From the IMG/VR virus record IMGVR_UViG_3300046484_000036, positions 1 through 50,447 of that record: a stretch of 50,447 nucleotides of DNA; one strand, 5' to 3'. The stretch comes from a virus. Under the pieces are notes generated by a model. The model ran no database searches, was not told where the DNA came from, and worked only from the letters and a program-made list of their open reading frames with translations. Both the position numbers and the translations under genes were made by a program. Position 1 is the first letter of the stretch. The number at the start of each line of letters is the position of its first letter. Positions 5,976 to 16,600 of this stretch are shown in pieces.

Positions 5976-6281
5976 ATGAAACTCCGCGAAAAAGTCTATA
6001 CCCCCGTTGCCGATTCACTCTGGATTGATTTCAACTTGGAAGAAATGTATGCTCCCGGTAAAATTATTCTGCCCAACAATACGGCGTTACCTCCGTTCAT
6101 CGAAGTGACGGTGCTCGCTGTCGGCCCTAAATGTACTCAGGTCAAGAAGGGCGACCGGGTTATCCTCAATTCGAATGCCGTGATGAAGATCAAAGTCGGC
6201 AGCGAAGAACCCCAGTTTTTCACCAAGGAAGATCGTGTGGTTGCGGTGCTCACCGATCCGTTCGATTCGGACCCAGTGTAA
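5976..6281 (+). CDS. GroES/Cpn10-like co-chaperonin
   Basis: Internal ATG at 5976 of track ORF 5892..6281. MKLREKVYTPVADSLWIDF...GKIILPNNTALPPFIEVTVLAVGPKCTQVKKGDRVILNS...KEDRVVAVL parallels GroES landmarks (P-l-x-D-r-v, GGIvLp, evlAVG.G, vkvGD.Vi, e.dIlAvv). Confidence 0.6.
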   Translation: MKLREKVYTPVADSLWIDFNLEEMYAPGKIILPNNTALPPFIEVTVLAVGPKCTQVKKGDRVILNSNAVMKIKVGSEEPQFFTKEDRVVAVLTDPFDSDPV

Positions 6282-6287
6282 TTTTCC

Positions 6288-7337
6288 ATGATTCAAATAA
6301 CTTATGGGCAGGCAAAAGCAGAAATTGCCCGCGTGTGCGGGGTTAGCGGCATGGCCGTCACCGACCCTCGTGTGCTGGTCCGTACCAATGCGGCCATCCA
6401 AGAGCTGGCAAACGAAGGCGAATATCCGAACATTGTCGATAGGTGGCACATCATCGCCACCGATGGCCATATAGTGCTGCCCTCATTTTTAGATCGTCTG
6501 ATGCAGATCAACATCAAGGGCGTCCCGCAGACGATCAGTTCCCCTTGGTATCAGTTTTGTGCATACGGACCAGGTACACCTTCCGACTGTCCGCAACCGG
6601 AGTTCGGTCGTTTCTGGTGCGATGAACGCATGATCGAAGACTGGGGCGAGTTCCCCACGCAAGTTCGTCTTCCGGAGACCGGTGGCCCCTGGAACTTGCG
6701 TGTCTACACCGCCGTCGATGAGAATATCTTGACTGATGGTACGAGTACTCCGCCCGTGTGTACGCTTCAAGGTACCGATAGCACAGGTCAGATCATTCGT
6801 ACTTCGGATGGCACCTCGGACTACACCAACGGCGAGCCCGTGGCGCTCGACTGGACGACTCCCTACGTACAGACGACCCAGCAGTTCTCCACGCTTGCCA
6901 CTTTCACCAAACCCGTCACCCGTGGGCCGATCAAGTTGACCGCCTGGGACGGCACGACGGAGACAGTACTCGCCAACTACATTTTCTCCGACACCACGCC
7001 CTCGTATCATCACTACTTCTCGAATTGGCTCCAGACCCTCACTCGGTTCGACACCATAACGACTAAGATCGTGCGGGCGCGTTGCCGCAAGCGGTTCGTG
7101 CCGGTTGTTGAGGATACCGATGTGCTTATTATTTCGAACCTGCCCGCGCTGAAGGAGATGGTCATAGCGCAGTGGAAGCGGGACGCCGACAACTTGCAAA
7201 GTTACATGGCGCATAAGCAGACCGCTATTTCGCTGATGAACAAAGAAGCGGATGCCTACCGGGGCAAGTCCAGGATACCGGGGTTGACATTCCAACGCGG
7301 GTTCGCCATCGGAAGCAACATCGCCTCACTTCGATGA
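6288..7337 (+). CDS. Hypothetical virion protein (349 aa)
   Basis: Track ORF, first large ORF of the tail block. No motif recognised. A structural role is inferred from position only. Confidence 0.5.
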   Translation: MIQITYGQAKAEIARVCGVSGMAVTDPRVLVRTNAAIQELANEGEYPNIVDRWHIIATDGHIVLPSFLDRLMQINIKGVPQTISSPWYQFCAYGPGTPSDCPQPEFGRFWCDERMIEDWGEFPTQVRLPETGGPWNLRVYTAVDENILTDGTSTPPVCTLQGTDSTGQIIRTSDGTSDYTNGEPVALDWTTPYVQTTQQFSTLATFTKPVTRGPIKLTAWDGTTETVLANYIFSDTTPSYHHYFSNWLQTLTRFDTITTKIVRARCRKRFVPVVEDTDVLIISNLPALKEMVIAQWKRDADNLQSYMAHKQTAISLMNKEADAYRGKSRIPGLTFQRGFAIGSNIASLR

Positions 7338-7801
7338 GTCACGTCGCCCGAGCCGACTGGGCAGCGCAAGTTCCCGCCAGTGGGATACAGGGCGTAATCC
7401 CCGCGACAAACCTTCCGGCGACTCCAACGGGGTCGATAGATATCAGCCAGGTTAAGGCTGCTGGGTATGCTCCAGGGCAGATCCCGGTGTGGAACGGGAG
7501 TCGGTTTGTGCCCGGTAACTTGCCGGTGACTCCTCCAGGGGGCTCGGGGATGACCTTTGTCACACCGGTCATCACCTGGGGGGCGACACTTCGCCCTTTG
7601 GAATCGACTGAGCAGAGTCTTTTGCTGCCTGGCGTGCTGGCGAACAGTCAAGTTTTTGTACCCGCGCCTGCCGGACAGGACTATTTATTCTTCAGGGCGA
7701 AAGTTACCGCCGCGCCGACCGTACTTATCACCGTCACCAATATGAGTGGGTCTAATGTGACTTTGATTGACGGAGGGTATAAAATTTTCGTAGTTAACTA
7801 G
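7334..7801 (+). CDS. Hypothetical virion protein (155 aa)
   Basis: Track ORF with a 4-nt overlap on the previous gene. No motif recognised. Confidence 0.5.
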   Translation: MSHVARADWAAQVPASGIQGVIPATNLPATPTGSIDISQVKAAGYAPGQIPVWNGSRFVPGNLPVTPPGGSGMTFVTPVITWGATLRPLESTEQSLLLPGVLANSQVFVPAPAGQDYLFFRAKVTAAPTVLITVTNMSGSNVTLIDGGYKIFVVN

Positions 7802-7803
7802 CC

Positions 7804-9918
7804 ATGGATAACACCTGGCTGCCCTATAACCTCGAAACATACTCGGGTGGGGTATCGTCAGCCGTCTCGCCTGATTTACTGCCCCCTAATCAGACTGCCT
7901 GGGGGATGAACGTAAATTTCCGGGGAAGCAAGGTGCAGACTCGACCCAATATCGCGCAGCGGATGTACCTCCCGTCGGGTAAGATTCAGGGATTAGGATA
8001 TTTCAATGTACAAGGGGGGATGATAATCGTGGTGATCGCTGGAGTGCCCTATCGCATCCGTGTTGGTCCGCGTAACAGTAATTTTGTGGTCGAACAGATC
8101 ACCCTTCCGTTTTATAACAGCCCGATCATTGACCAAGTTTGGATGTGCCAAACAGTGGAGTCGTTTATCATTCAAGACGGGCAATCGGCGGCAATTATCT
8201 ATGATGGCACCACGGCGCGCCGGGCGGATTCGAGTGTACCGGAGGTTCCGATCGGACAACAGATGGCTTACGGGAACGGGCGGCTATGGGTGGCGATTCA
8301 AGGGACTCAACTCGTGGCGGGGGACATTCGTACTGATACGCCTGGCAGTGAGTTGAGTTTTACCGAGACGCAATACCTCTCTGGAGGTGGGACGATTTCT
8401 TTCAGTACGCCGATCACCGGGTTAGCATTTATCCCGGTGACTAACACGAGCGACTATGGGGCACTGGCCGTGCTGGGGCGTAACTATGTGGAAACAGTAC
8501 GCGCTGACATCACGCAACGCGACTCTTGGGCGTCGTATCCTGGGTTTGTCACCAACGCTATGCGCAACGTAGGAACGCCTTCGGGCTGGACGATTACGCA
8601 GGTAAACCAGGACATTTTCTTTCGGGATGCGCTCGGTGGTATTCGGAGTTTGAATACTGGACTTAGTTCGGCTTACTACGCCCAGTATCGGGGTGCGCAG
8701 TCGGACGCCAATATCTCCATTTCCCGCGAGGTTAGTCGATTGGTGGATTTCGACAGCCAGCAACTACTCAACTTTTCCTCGGGGGTGTACTTCAACAACC
8801 GACTGTTGATGACTAGTTCGCCTTTCCTGAACGTGTCAGGCGGGGTATCGCATCGGGATATAGTCTGCCTGGATTTTGCTCCTATCGCCACGATGCAAGG
8901 GCAGTCGCCACCGGCGTACAACGGCACTTGGCAAGGGTGCGACTTTGTGAAACTGATCGGAGGGGAGTTCAACCTCCAGACTCGGGCGTTTGGGGTTTCC
9001 TCGGACACGGATGGGTTTAATCGGTTGTACGAGTTCGACAGTGGGGATGTAGTGGATTTGTATATAAGTGATGGTACGGGTATGACCGATGGTACGGCGT
9101 TACCGGTAGCCGAATCCCCAATCGAGAGTTTTGTTGAGTATCCCCGCATCGACTTTCAAGAACCAAAACGGCGCAAGCGGCTTACCCGGTGCGACGTGTG
9201 GCTATCTAACATTTCTGGCGAGGTAGCCGTAACCGCCTATTGGCGGCCCGACAACAGTCAGAAGTGGCAACTGTGGGACTCGACAACGCAATGCGCGACG
9301 ATGACCGACCCGGCTACGACAAGTCCACACATTTGGAAGAACCTATTACCCGAGCAACGCCCGCTTATTAAGTCGTTCTCGATCCCAGATACCATCGACG
9401 ACATTACTACCTACGCTCTCTCAACTGGTTTTGGGTTCCAGATCAGACTTGCCTGGACAGGTTCGCTAAAGGTGGAACGTGTAGTGCTCTGGGCCACCCC
9501 AGTTGACGATTCCGACTACGTGATTCGTGAAGGTCAGGACGGGACATGCGTGCCAAACGACGTTTCAGGGAACGAGATTCGGTATGAGATACCCCTAGGG
9601 CAACCCGTTCCACCTACCCCCCCACTAGTCAACGCGGATTTAGGTATCAACGAGGGTAATTTTATATCCTATGATAACCCAAATAACCTCGACTCCCCTG
9701 CTATTGGGGTACAGTTCATTAATTTTGTTACGAGTAATTCGCAGGATTTAGTTATTATCGCGGTTAACTTTTCCGGGGGCGTTTCGCAAGAAGATACCCC
9801 ACCCATAACGATTCATAACTCAATCAATAACGCCTTCCATTTCAACTTTGCCTCGCCTGGGTCTATCAGTGTGGTTCATAATGGGCTAAATTCCCCCTTC
9901 GTCATAAACTACACCTAA
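7804..9918 (+). CDS. Large hypothetical virion protein, possibly nozzle/tail-tubular-B-like (704 aa)
   Basis: Size and position resemble podovirus tail tubular B. No diagnostic motif read. The function is inference. Confidence 0.45.
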   Translation: MDNTWLPYNLETYSGGVSSAVSPDLLPPNQTAWGMNVNFRGSKVQTRPNIAQRMYLPSGKIQGLGYFNVQGGMIIVVIAGVPYRIRVGPRNSNFVVEQITLPFYNSPIIDQVWMCQTVESFIIQDGQSAAIIYDGTTARRADSSVPEVPIGQQMAYGNGRLWVAIQGTQLVAGDIRTDTPGSELSFTETQYLSGGGTISFSTPITGLAFIPVTNTSDYGALAVLGRNYVETVRADITQRDSWASYPGFVTNAMRNVGTPSGWTITQVNQDIFFRDALGGIRSLNTGLSSAYYAQYRGAQSDANISISREVSRLVDFDSQQLLNFSSGVYFNNRLLMTSSPFLNVSGGVSHRDIVCLDFAPIATMQGQSPPAYNGTWQGCDFVKLIGGEFNLQTRAFGVSSDTDGFNRLYEFDSGDVVDLYISDGTGMTDGTALPVAESPIESFVEYPRIDFQEPKRRKRLTRCDVWLSNISGEVAVTAYWRPDNSQKWQLWDSTTQCATMTDPATTSPHIWKNLLPEQRPLIKSFSIPDTIDDITTYALSTGFGFQIRLAWTGSLKVERVVLWATPVDDSDYVIREGQDGTCVPNDVSGNEIRYEIPLGQPVPPTPPLVNADLGINEGNFISYDNPNNLDSPAIGVQFINFVTSNSQDLVIIAVNFSGGVSQEDTPPITIHNSINNAFHFNFASPGSISVVHNGLNSPFVINYT

Positions 9919-10520
9919 TGGTTAAGAGGATACACTTTATATGGGTTAACCGGGGGGACAACCCTCCGCCTCCCCGGTGTTTGGGGTATATAAATTCCTG
10001 GCGTAGATTATACCCTGGCTTCCAGATAAAACTTTGGGGGGTAGATGATATGTTTGGGTTTAGGGACCCAAAAATAGACGAAGCCTGGAAAAACCCAGAC
10101 TACGATGAAGCCTGTATCTCTAATCGTATGCGGTTCTTAATTGTGCAGAAAGAAGGTGGGCTTTATGCGGACGTAGATACTAAACCCGTAAAACCCATCA
10201 CTGAGGAATTGATAGGTATGGATAATTTCGCGGTTGGTCAGGTCAGAAATCTTACCCGACCAGATAAAATTTCTGTAGAAACCAATATATTTTACGCCGA
10301 GGCAAACCACCCTATTTTGTCGGATCTTCTGGATCGCTTCGATTGCTGTCCGGGCCGATTCATCAATGCCTATTTGGCGGACACCTACGCAAGAGACATA
10401 AAAATCCTCCCGGAAGAGTGTTTTCACGGGCATACGGTAACTCCGAACACCTATACTCTCCACCACTCGTTAGGGTCCTGGGTCTCTAATCAGCATTCCC
10501 CGGTGAGGAAGCGTAAATAG
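9918..10520 (+). CDS. Glycosyltransferase with DXD sugar-binding region (GT32 / Gly_transf_sug-like)
   Basis: 200 aa. IHFIWV at the N-terminus, then RFLIVQKEGGLYADVDTKPVKPI (GG.Y.D.D motif typical of the OCH1/TcdA-like DXD family). Confidence 0.65.
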   Translation: MVKRIHFIWVNRGDNPPPPRCLGYINSWRRLYPGFQIKLWGVDDMFGFRDPKIDEAWKNPDYDEACISNRMRFLIVQKEGGLYADVDTKPVKPITEELIGMDNFAVGQVRNLTRPDKISVETNIFYAEANHPILSDLLDRFDCCPGRFINAYLADTYARDIKILPEECFHGHTVTPNTYTLHHSLGSWVSNQHSPVRKRK

Positions 10521-10564
10521 TTTTCGCGTGACATCCCCATTAAACGGGCTTATCTCCAATTCAC

Positions 10565-11317
10565 ATGGGTCTTAACCTCCAACTTCAGGCGTTATCTCTT
10601 CCTTCTGGGGCCGAATTTGAGGGTACCCGTCAACTCCTGCAAAACTCAATCGCCCAGTATATGGCGATTACGGGCGAGGAAAATTTTAACGGAATAAATT
10701 TTGGCCCGACAACCCCACTTCCTGCCGATCAGGATAAACCTTGGTTCAAAACGGACGGGTCTTTCCACGCCATTGGTTGGTTTGCCTGGAGTGGGTCGGC
10801 CTGGACCCCTAGCCCGCTTATTCCGCAGTACGGCACTTTCTCCGCCGCGCCGACTGGCACTTCTCCAGGACAACTCTACTACGCGACGGATATTAATCGG
10901 CAATGCCAGTGGAACGGTTCGGCCTGGGTGACTGCCGATGGCGGCCAAGGTGAGGTGCGGTTTGTACGCGGAACGAACATCACGACCATTTTGACGAATA
11001 ACCCCGGCTGGGCGCAAGTAACCGACGCCGCCGCTACGGTACTTGGCGTGGCCGGGGATGGTACCGCCAACGGCTGGTCTAATCGCTCCCCCGAGACCCA
11101 TCTCGGCGAGGAGCAGCACACCCAAACGCTCGACGAACTTGTTGAGCATGGCCATACCGCAGATGTGAATAACCCCGCAGGTGTAGCCGGGGCGCAGGCG
11201 GGCTCCAACTCGGCGATTAAGCAGGACACGACTATTACCACTTCACTCGTGGGTGGAGGGCTCCCTTTCAACGTCATGCAACCTACCTGGTTCCTCTACG
11301 CGATCCAAAAACTATGA
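10565..11317 (+). CDS. Tail fibre protein with phage tail-collar domain
   Basis: 250 aa. The C-terminal EEQHTQTLDELVEHGHTAD...GGGLPFNVMQPTWFLYAIQKL matches the Collar-domain signature (H.H......GG.qPhnn.QP.l.l...I). Confidence 0.7.
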   Translation: MGLNLQLQALSLPSGAEFEGTRQLLQNSIAQYMAITGEENFNGINFGPTTPLPADQDKPWFKTDGSFHAIGWFAWSGSAWTPSPLIPQYGTFSAAPTGTSPGQLYYATDINRQCQWNGSAWVTADGGQGEVRFVRGTNITTILTNNPGWAQVTDAAATVLGVAGDGTANGWSNRSPETHLGEEQHTQTLDELVEHGHTADVNNPAGVAGAQAGSNSAIKQDTTITTSLVGGGLPFNVMQPTWFLYAIQKL

Positions 11318-11799
11318 TCGTCGAGTCTATCCCCTCTTACCTCGCCAAGAACGAACCTCTATACGAGAAGTTCGACCGGGCAGAGGCTGAGATTGTGCAG
11401 CGGTTTGTCCCCGTGGAGATGCCGATTCACCACCACTTCATCAGTTCTCCTAATATGAAGATGTATATTCGGGAGATTTTCATCCCGAAGGGCACGATTC
11501 TCACGTCCCGCATTCATAAAGTCCCTAGCCCCTTCTCCATACTTGAGGGTGAAGTTCTCGTCGGGGATTCGCACGGTATTACCCATATAAAAGCCCCCTT
11601 TCATGGCGTGAACGAGCCTGGTGTGAAACGATTGGTAGAAACGCTGAAGGATACCGTCTGGGTGGCGTTTTACGCGACAGATAAAACCGATCTAGCGGAA
11701 ATCGCCAACGATATTATTTTTGAGCGCGAGAATGATCTACTGACCGACGAGGAAAAACTTCGCTGGGTGGATCTGACCAAAGGAGTTCTTTTACAGTGA
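11314..11799 (+). CDS. Hypothetical protein, possibly cupin-like beta-barrel (161 aa)
   Basis: HHHF...MYIREIFIPKGTILTSRIHKVPSPFSILEGEVLV...IKAPFHGVNEPGVKRL has a cupin-like strand pattern. The fold call is weak. Confidence 0.4.
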   Translation: MIVESIPSYLAKNEPLYEKFDRAEAEIVQRFVPVEMPIHHHFISSPNMKMYIREIFIPKGTILTSRIHKVPSPFSILEGEVLVGDSHGITHIKAPFHGVNEPGVKRLVETLKDTVWVAFYATDKTDLAEIANDIIFERENDLLTDEEKLRWVDLTKGVLLQ

Positions 11800-12671
11800 T
11801 ACCCAACTTTGAATTTTTCGGCGGTCGAAATACCCTGAAACTAATTCCGCAACCCCGGTACGTGTGGGCAGCGGTTGCTGGCGCGGTTGTGTCTGCTGGC
11901 ACGGCGATTTATTCCGCCTCGAAGAATAAAAAAGTCGCGCCGGGTCAGGCTCCACAGATCGATCCTCAGGCTGTGCAGGACCAGACGATCCAGGGGAACA
12001 TAAAAAACCAGGCGGATATTGAGAAACTCACTGCCAGCACCAACTCTTTCGACCAGTCGCAGGCTATCAGTCTGATGAACCAAGCAATGCCGGGGTATAG
12101 TTCGCTCGCGGGTAAACTCACCTCTCGGGCCAGCGATCTAGCGAGCAATCCGTACTCGGTTCCCGCTGATGTGCAGCAAAATCTTAGTCGTCTTGCGGCT
12201 GAGAAGGGCGTATCGACCGGGCGCTCGGGTCAGGCCGGACAGTTTTCACTTTTGCGTGATCTTGGGGTGAACGAACTTCAATACGGGCAGTCCAACTTGA
12301 ATCAGGCGTCGGGTTTGACCAGTCTCCTTTCGTCTATTGCCCCGAAAGTGAATCCGATGTCCCCGATGTCGATGTATTTGAGCCCCGCTCAAGCCCTTGG
12401 ACAGGCCAACGAGAATGCCGACCGTGCGCAAGGCGGTCTCAACGCCGCGGCAGCCGCCCAGAATGCAAACGCCCAAACGAACGCCAACATGTGGGGGCAG
12501 ATCGGTGGGGCAGCCAGTGGGCTTCTGAGTAATTCCTCCGCTATGGGCAGCATCGGGTCGATGCTTAACAGCAACCCTTCTGGTGCAGATATGAGCGCCA
12601 CAGGGGCTTACACGGATATGCTTGCCGCGACTAAGAACGGTATCGCTACAGGTAACCAAAACCCTAAATAA
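11796..12671 (+). CDS. Putative internal virion protein (291 aa, N-terminal TM, Q/N/S/A-rich)
   Basis: Hydrophobic segment YVWAAVAGAVVSAGTAIY, then a low-complexity polar sequence. It lies upstream of the giant protein, like podovirus ejection proteins (inference). Confidence 0.5.
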   Translation: MIPNFEFFGGRNTLKLIPQPRYVWAAVAGAVVSAGTAIYSASKNKKVAPGQAPQIDPQAVQDQTIQGNIKNQADIEKLTASTNSFDQSQAISLMNQAMPGYSSLAGKLTSRASDLASNPYSVPADVQQNLSRLAAEKGVSTGRSGQAGQFSLLRDLGVNELQYGQSNLNQASGLTSLLSSIAPKVNPMSPMSMYLSPAQALGQANENADRAQGGLNAAAAAQNANAQTNANMWGQIGGAASGLLSNSSAMGSIGSMLNSNPSGADMSATGAYTDMLAATKNGIATGNQNPK

Positions 12672-12672
12672 T

Positions 12673-13692
12673 ATGCCCGTCTATTCCGAATTTCAAAGCG
12701 AGGGCGATGCCGGTCAGGCTTTTAACCAGGGCCAAAACGCGGGTATGTCCATGATGGAACGCGCTCAACAGATGGAGCAACGCGGCGCGCAGGAAGAGCG
12801 GCAGAAGGCGATTTTTCAAGCCGCGATGCCGGTGATACAGGCCAAGAATCAGGCGGATCTCGCAACTGCCCATGAGACAATTCAGAATGCGGTTTCTGTT
12901 CAGAACCAGAGACAGCAAATACTCCCTATCTTAGCCCAAGCGCGGACAGAGTTTCACAACAACCAGTTTATTCCTGACATCAATGAGCGGGCTGCGGCGA
13001 ATACGCAGTGGCTTGGGAAGTATGCCCAAATCGCTAATATACCGGATTACAAGGGCGAATTCGATACGTATAACCACCTATCTACCCAAACGACTCAGGA
13101 TCAGATGAAGATCGCCACACTGGCTAATCAGAACGATATGATGAGTCAGAAGTTGAAAATGAGTGAGACTTTAATGGGGGATAAAGTCGCATCTTCAGAG
13201 AAAATTGCAGGGCTAAAATACCAGACTAATTTAGATATAGCCAACGCCAATATTGCTTCACGCAATCTGATTGCTAGTGGTAAACAAGGTGACGCGGCTG
13301 CGATTCAGAATGATATGAATGCGATCAATCAAAATCTAGCCGCAGGGAATCAGGGTACGGCGGATACGATTGCTCAGGCAATGCAGACAAAATATGGGCT
13401 TAAGCCTAATCAGATCGCCGATAGTCTCTCTAAACTAGCCGATGGGGATGATCGGTCTGCTGCAGTTGCGAAAGCTACAGGTAACGAGGAGAATTTTCAG
13501 AAGTACTCCGCAAAAGCTCAACTTCTCCGCACCCAAGCGGAAGGGATACTAAGCAAGGCCACTACGCCAGTGACGGCAGCACCTGTCACGGCAACCACTT
13601 CACAGCCAAAGAATGTCACCCCTGAAGAGTATGCGAAAATCCCTTCGGGCGGAAAATACATGTGGAACGGGCAGGAAATAACCAAAAAATAA
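12673..13692 (+). CDS. Putative internal virion protein (339 aa, Q/A/N-rich helical)
   Basis: ATG at 12673, one nt after the previous TAA (12669-12671). The track start at 12622 would overlap. No enzymatic motif found. Confidence 0.5.
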   Translation: MPVYSEFQSEGDAGQAFNQGQNAGMSMMERAQQMEQRGAQEERQKAIFQAAMPVIQAKNQADLATAHETIQNAVSVQNQRQQILPILAQARTEFHNNQFIPDINERAAANTQWLGKYAQIANIPDYKGEFDTYNHLSTQTTQDQMKIATLANQNDMMSQKLKMSETLMGDKVASSEKIAGLKYQTNLDIANANIASRNLIASGKQGDAAAIQNDMNAINQNLAAGNQGTADTIAQAMQTKYGLKPNQIADSLSKLADGDDRSAAVAKATGNEENFQKYSAKAQLLRTQAEGILSKATTPVTAAPVTATTSQPKNVTPEEYAKIPSGGKYMWNGQEITKK

Positions 13693-16600
13693 ATGCCCGC
13701 CAATGATACTTGGACCCCACCTGAAGTCTCGGCAATAGGGCAAGCGCCGGATACCGGAACTCAGACCGCTTGGCAGCCCCCCGAAGTGGCTGAAACGAAA
13801 TCTTCATGGGTTCCCCCCGAGGTGGCGAGTCTGAGTAAGCCTGCCGCTGATGAAGGCCCGCAACTTCGCGCCGCTACACCGGGGGATGAAACCCGCTGGG
13901 CATCACAAGATACTTGGATGGGGCGTATAGAATCCTCGATTAGGGGTACTGCAACTGATCTCGGCGCGTCTATACAAGGCCGCTATACCGCTGCGCAGAA
14001 GGCTTTTGATACTCGGTATTCTGCGACTCCAGGGGATGGAGCTAAACCGGTATTTCCCGCCCTATTGAGCGCCGCTGGAGCGGCAGTATCGCCTTCGCCC
14101 GGCGAAGCCTTGAACTCTCAGCGGAAAGCAGAATTGGCGGTAGGTGGGGCACAGTCGCTTAAAGAGGCGCAAGAACTCAAAGATGTTCAGGGTAACTATG
14201 AGCACCAGTGGCTCCCGATAGCGGAACCCGGGCAGACTAATTTCTTGGGCCACAGTGATGCAGTTCAGGCGTTGATGAAGCCAATCACTAAAGAAGATGA
14301 CGACACTAAAGTACCTTTTACCGGGGGTACGATCCCCCTAAGTGCAGTAAAGGCGGTATATCAGCCAGTGGCTAAAACAGTAAATTCTCTAGTCACGCCG
14401 GAAAACGCGTTAATAACCGGGCTTACCGCTGGGGCAGGAGAAATTCCGGCAATAGGGAAAGCGGTATCTACATTTTTCGGAGTGCAGATGGGGGCGGGTT
14501 CTCTCCAAGCGGTCAAACATCTTCAGGAGTTAAACTCGGACCCCAATGCCACAGGGGCACAAAAAGTCTCGGCGGGTATAGAAGCGGGGATTGGAGTGGC
14601 AATGGCCAAGTCACTATTAACTCATGCAATTTCTGGGGAGGCGAAGGCGCAGATAGAAACCCTCCCCCCGGAGCAACAATTAGCTGCGGTATCTAAAGAG
14701 GTAGGCACGTCCCCCGAGCAACTACTCAAGGATGCCTCAGATCAGATGGAATTAGACTTCAAAAATAGCAAAGTCGAAGTCCCACCAGAGCATGTCCCCG
14801 TTACGATTCGCCGGGAAGATGGAACGGAGTATCAAGCCGGAATGGCCGGATACCAAGATGGCGTGCCGGTCATCACGAATTTAGAGACGCATTCCACCAC
14901 GCTTTTAGGTGATAAGGAAAATATCGTCGGGGATATGCCTGCGCCAGAACTATGGGAGCGTACCTCCGCGGGTAATAAACTTTCTACTTCTCCGTTTGAG
15001 GAGTGGGTTCCCCCTGAAGTGAGGGGGGAAACTACTCCTACCGCCAACGTGACGGTGATGGGCAGCCATACCCAGGTTGAAATTCCCGGCGAAGGGGATC
15101 GTCCGGCATTCTCCGGTACGCCCGAGCAGGCGCGAGATGCGGGCTTCGACGTGCCGACAGATGGGCTAGAGGACGGGTCGCATAAAGTACCGATTGAGCC
15201 CCCACTCGACCCGAACATAATAGGTATAACCAAGAAGCTCATGAACCAGCGGCGCGTAGCAGCCGGACTCCCGGAGTTTGAACCCTTAGAAGTCCGGTCA
15301 GATCAAGTAACTTGGGACAAGACCTTAGCAAAAGTCGCTGCGGACCCCACTCTCCCAGCGCGCAACATCGAGGAACTTAGGTCGGGTAATCGAGTGCCTA
15401 CGGATGCTGACGAAGCGTTAAACCGATACCGCATTGCAGAACTGGAAGTTGAGAAAACCGAGGCTACTAATCGAGTGAACTCCGCTATAGAGAAGGGCGA
15501 AGTGCCTGATATGGCGGACCGGCAAAAAGTGGAAGAGCTTCTAACCAAGCAAGTGGACGCGATGGATGTCATTCGCGCAAGTCACGCTGAAACGGGACGC
15601 AGTTTACGGGCCATCCAGCTGATGACCGACTTGGATTTTTCCGCCCCGAAACTGATCTCCGAACGTCAGGCGCTCTCCGGGGAAAAACTAACGCCTGAGA
15701 AGATGGCCGAGACTCGCGATATTGCCGAACGAGTCAAGACGACCCAAGCCGCGCTGGAGAAAATCACGGCAGAGCGGGATGCCCTCCTTGCTGAGAAAAC
15801 GTCCAAAGCGGCACACGAAGAGTTGGTCAAGAAAGTCGCGGAGGAAACGGAAGCGCCAGAAGCCGAGAAGCCCGCAAGGGCCAAAACCCCATCGAAACTG
15901 CGCGAGTATATCAAGACCCAGGCCGAAGCCGCCCGGCAGCGTGTGCGCGAGCGTACCGGTGAACTCCATGCGGGTATAGACCCAACACACCTTACCGATT
16001 TGGCGATTATCGGCGTGGAACATCTGACGCGCGCGGGGGAGAACCTCGCTGCCTTCACTAAACGTATGGCGGATGACGTAGGTGAGTGGGTGAAGCCCTA
16101 TATTGAACAGATTTTTGGTGAAGCGAAAAAGATGCGCGATTCGATGGCGAAGGACTTCACCCCGAAAGAAGTGGTGGATGCCATCGGGAAGAAGCTCAGC
16201 ACCGGCGGTGACGTAACCCCTGAATTCCGCAAGTTGGCCCGCGAGGCAATTGAACTCGGCATGACGGATCGCAACCGCGTGATTGACTTCGTGCACGACC
16301 AGATCCGCGAGACCGCTCCCGAGATGGACCGGCGTGCTGTGCAGGACGCTATTTCCGGCTACGGGAAGTTTCGTGAGCTGAGTAAGGACGAGATTACGCA
16401 AAAACTGGCAGACGTATCCGCTCAACTCCGCCTCGTCTCGAAACTGGAGGACATCCTCGCCGGTAAAGAGCCAGAGAAGACCGGGGTTGAGCGCCGGGCT
16501 CCATCGGAAGAGGAGACTGCACTCCGCAACAAGATTGCCGAACTAGAGAAAAAGGCTAATGAAGACGTTGCAGTATCCGCCGCGCTGACTCGTGAGAAAA

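Noticed and set aside
15688-16425. Long antisense ORFs inside large genes (15688..16425-, 15666..16058-, 16422..16832-, 6489..7295-, 27517..28221-, 28804..29382-, 30642..31601-, 32760..33446-, 10646..11155-)
   Set aside because: They lie fully within better-supported genes on the other strand, have Arg/Gly/Leu-rich composition typical of antisense frames in GC-moderate DNA, and carry no motifs or coupling signals.
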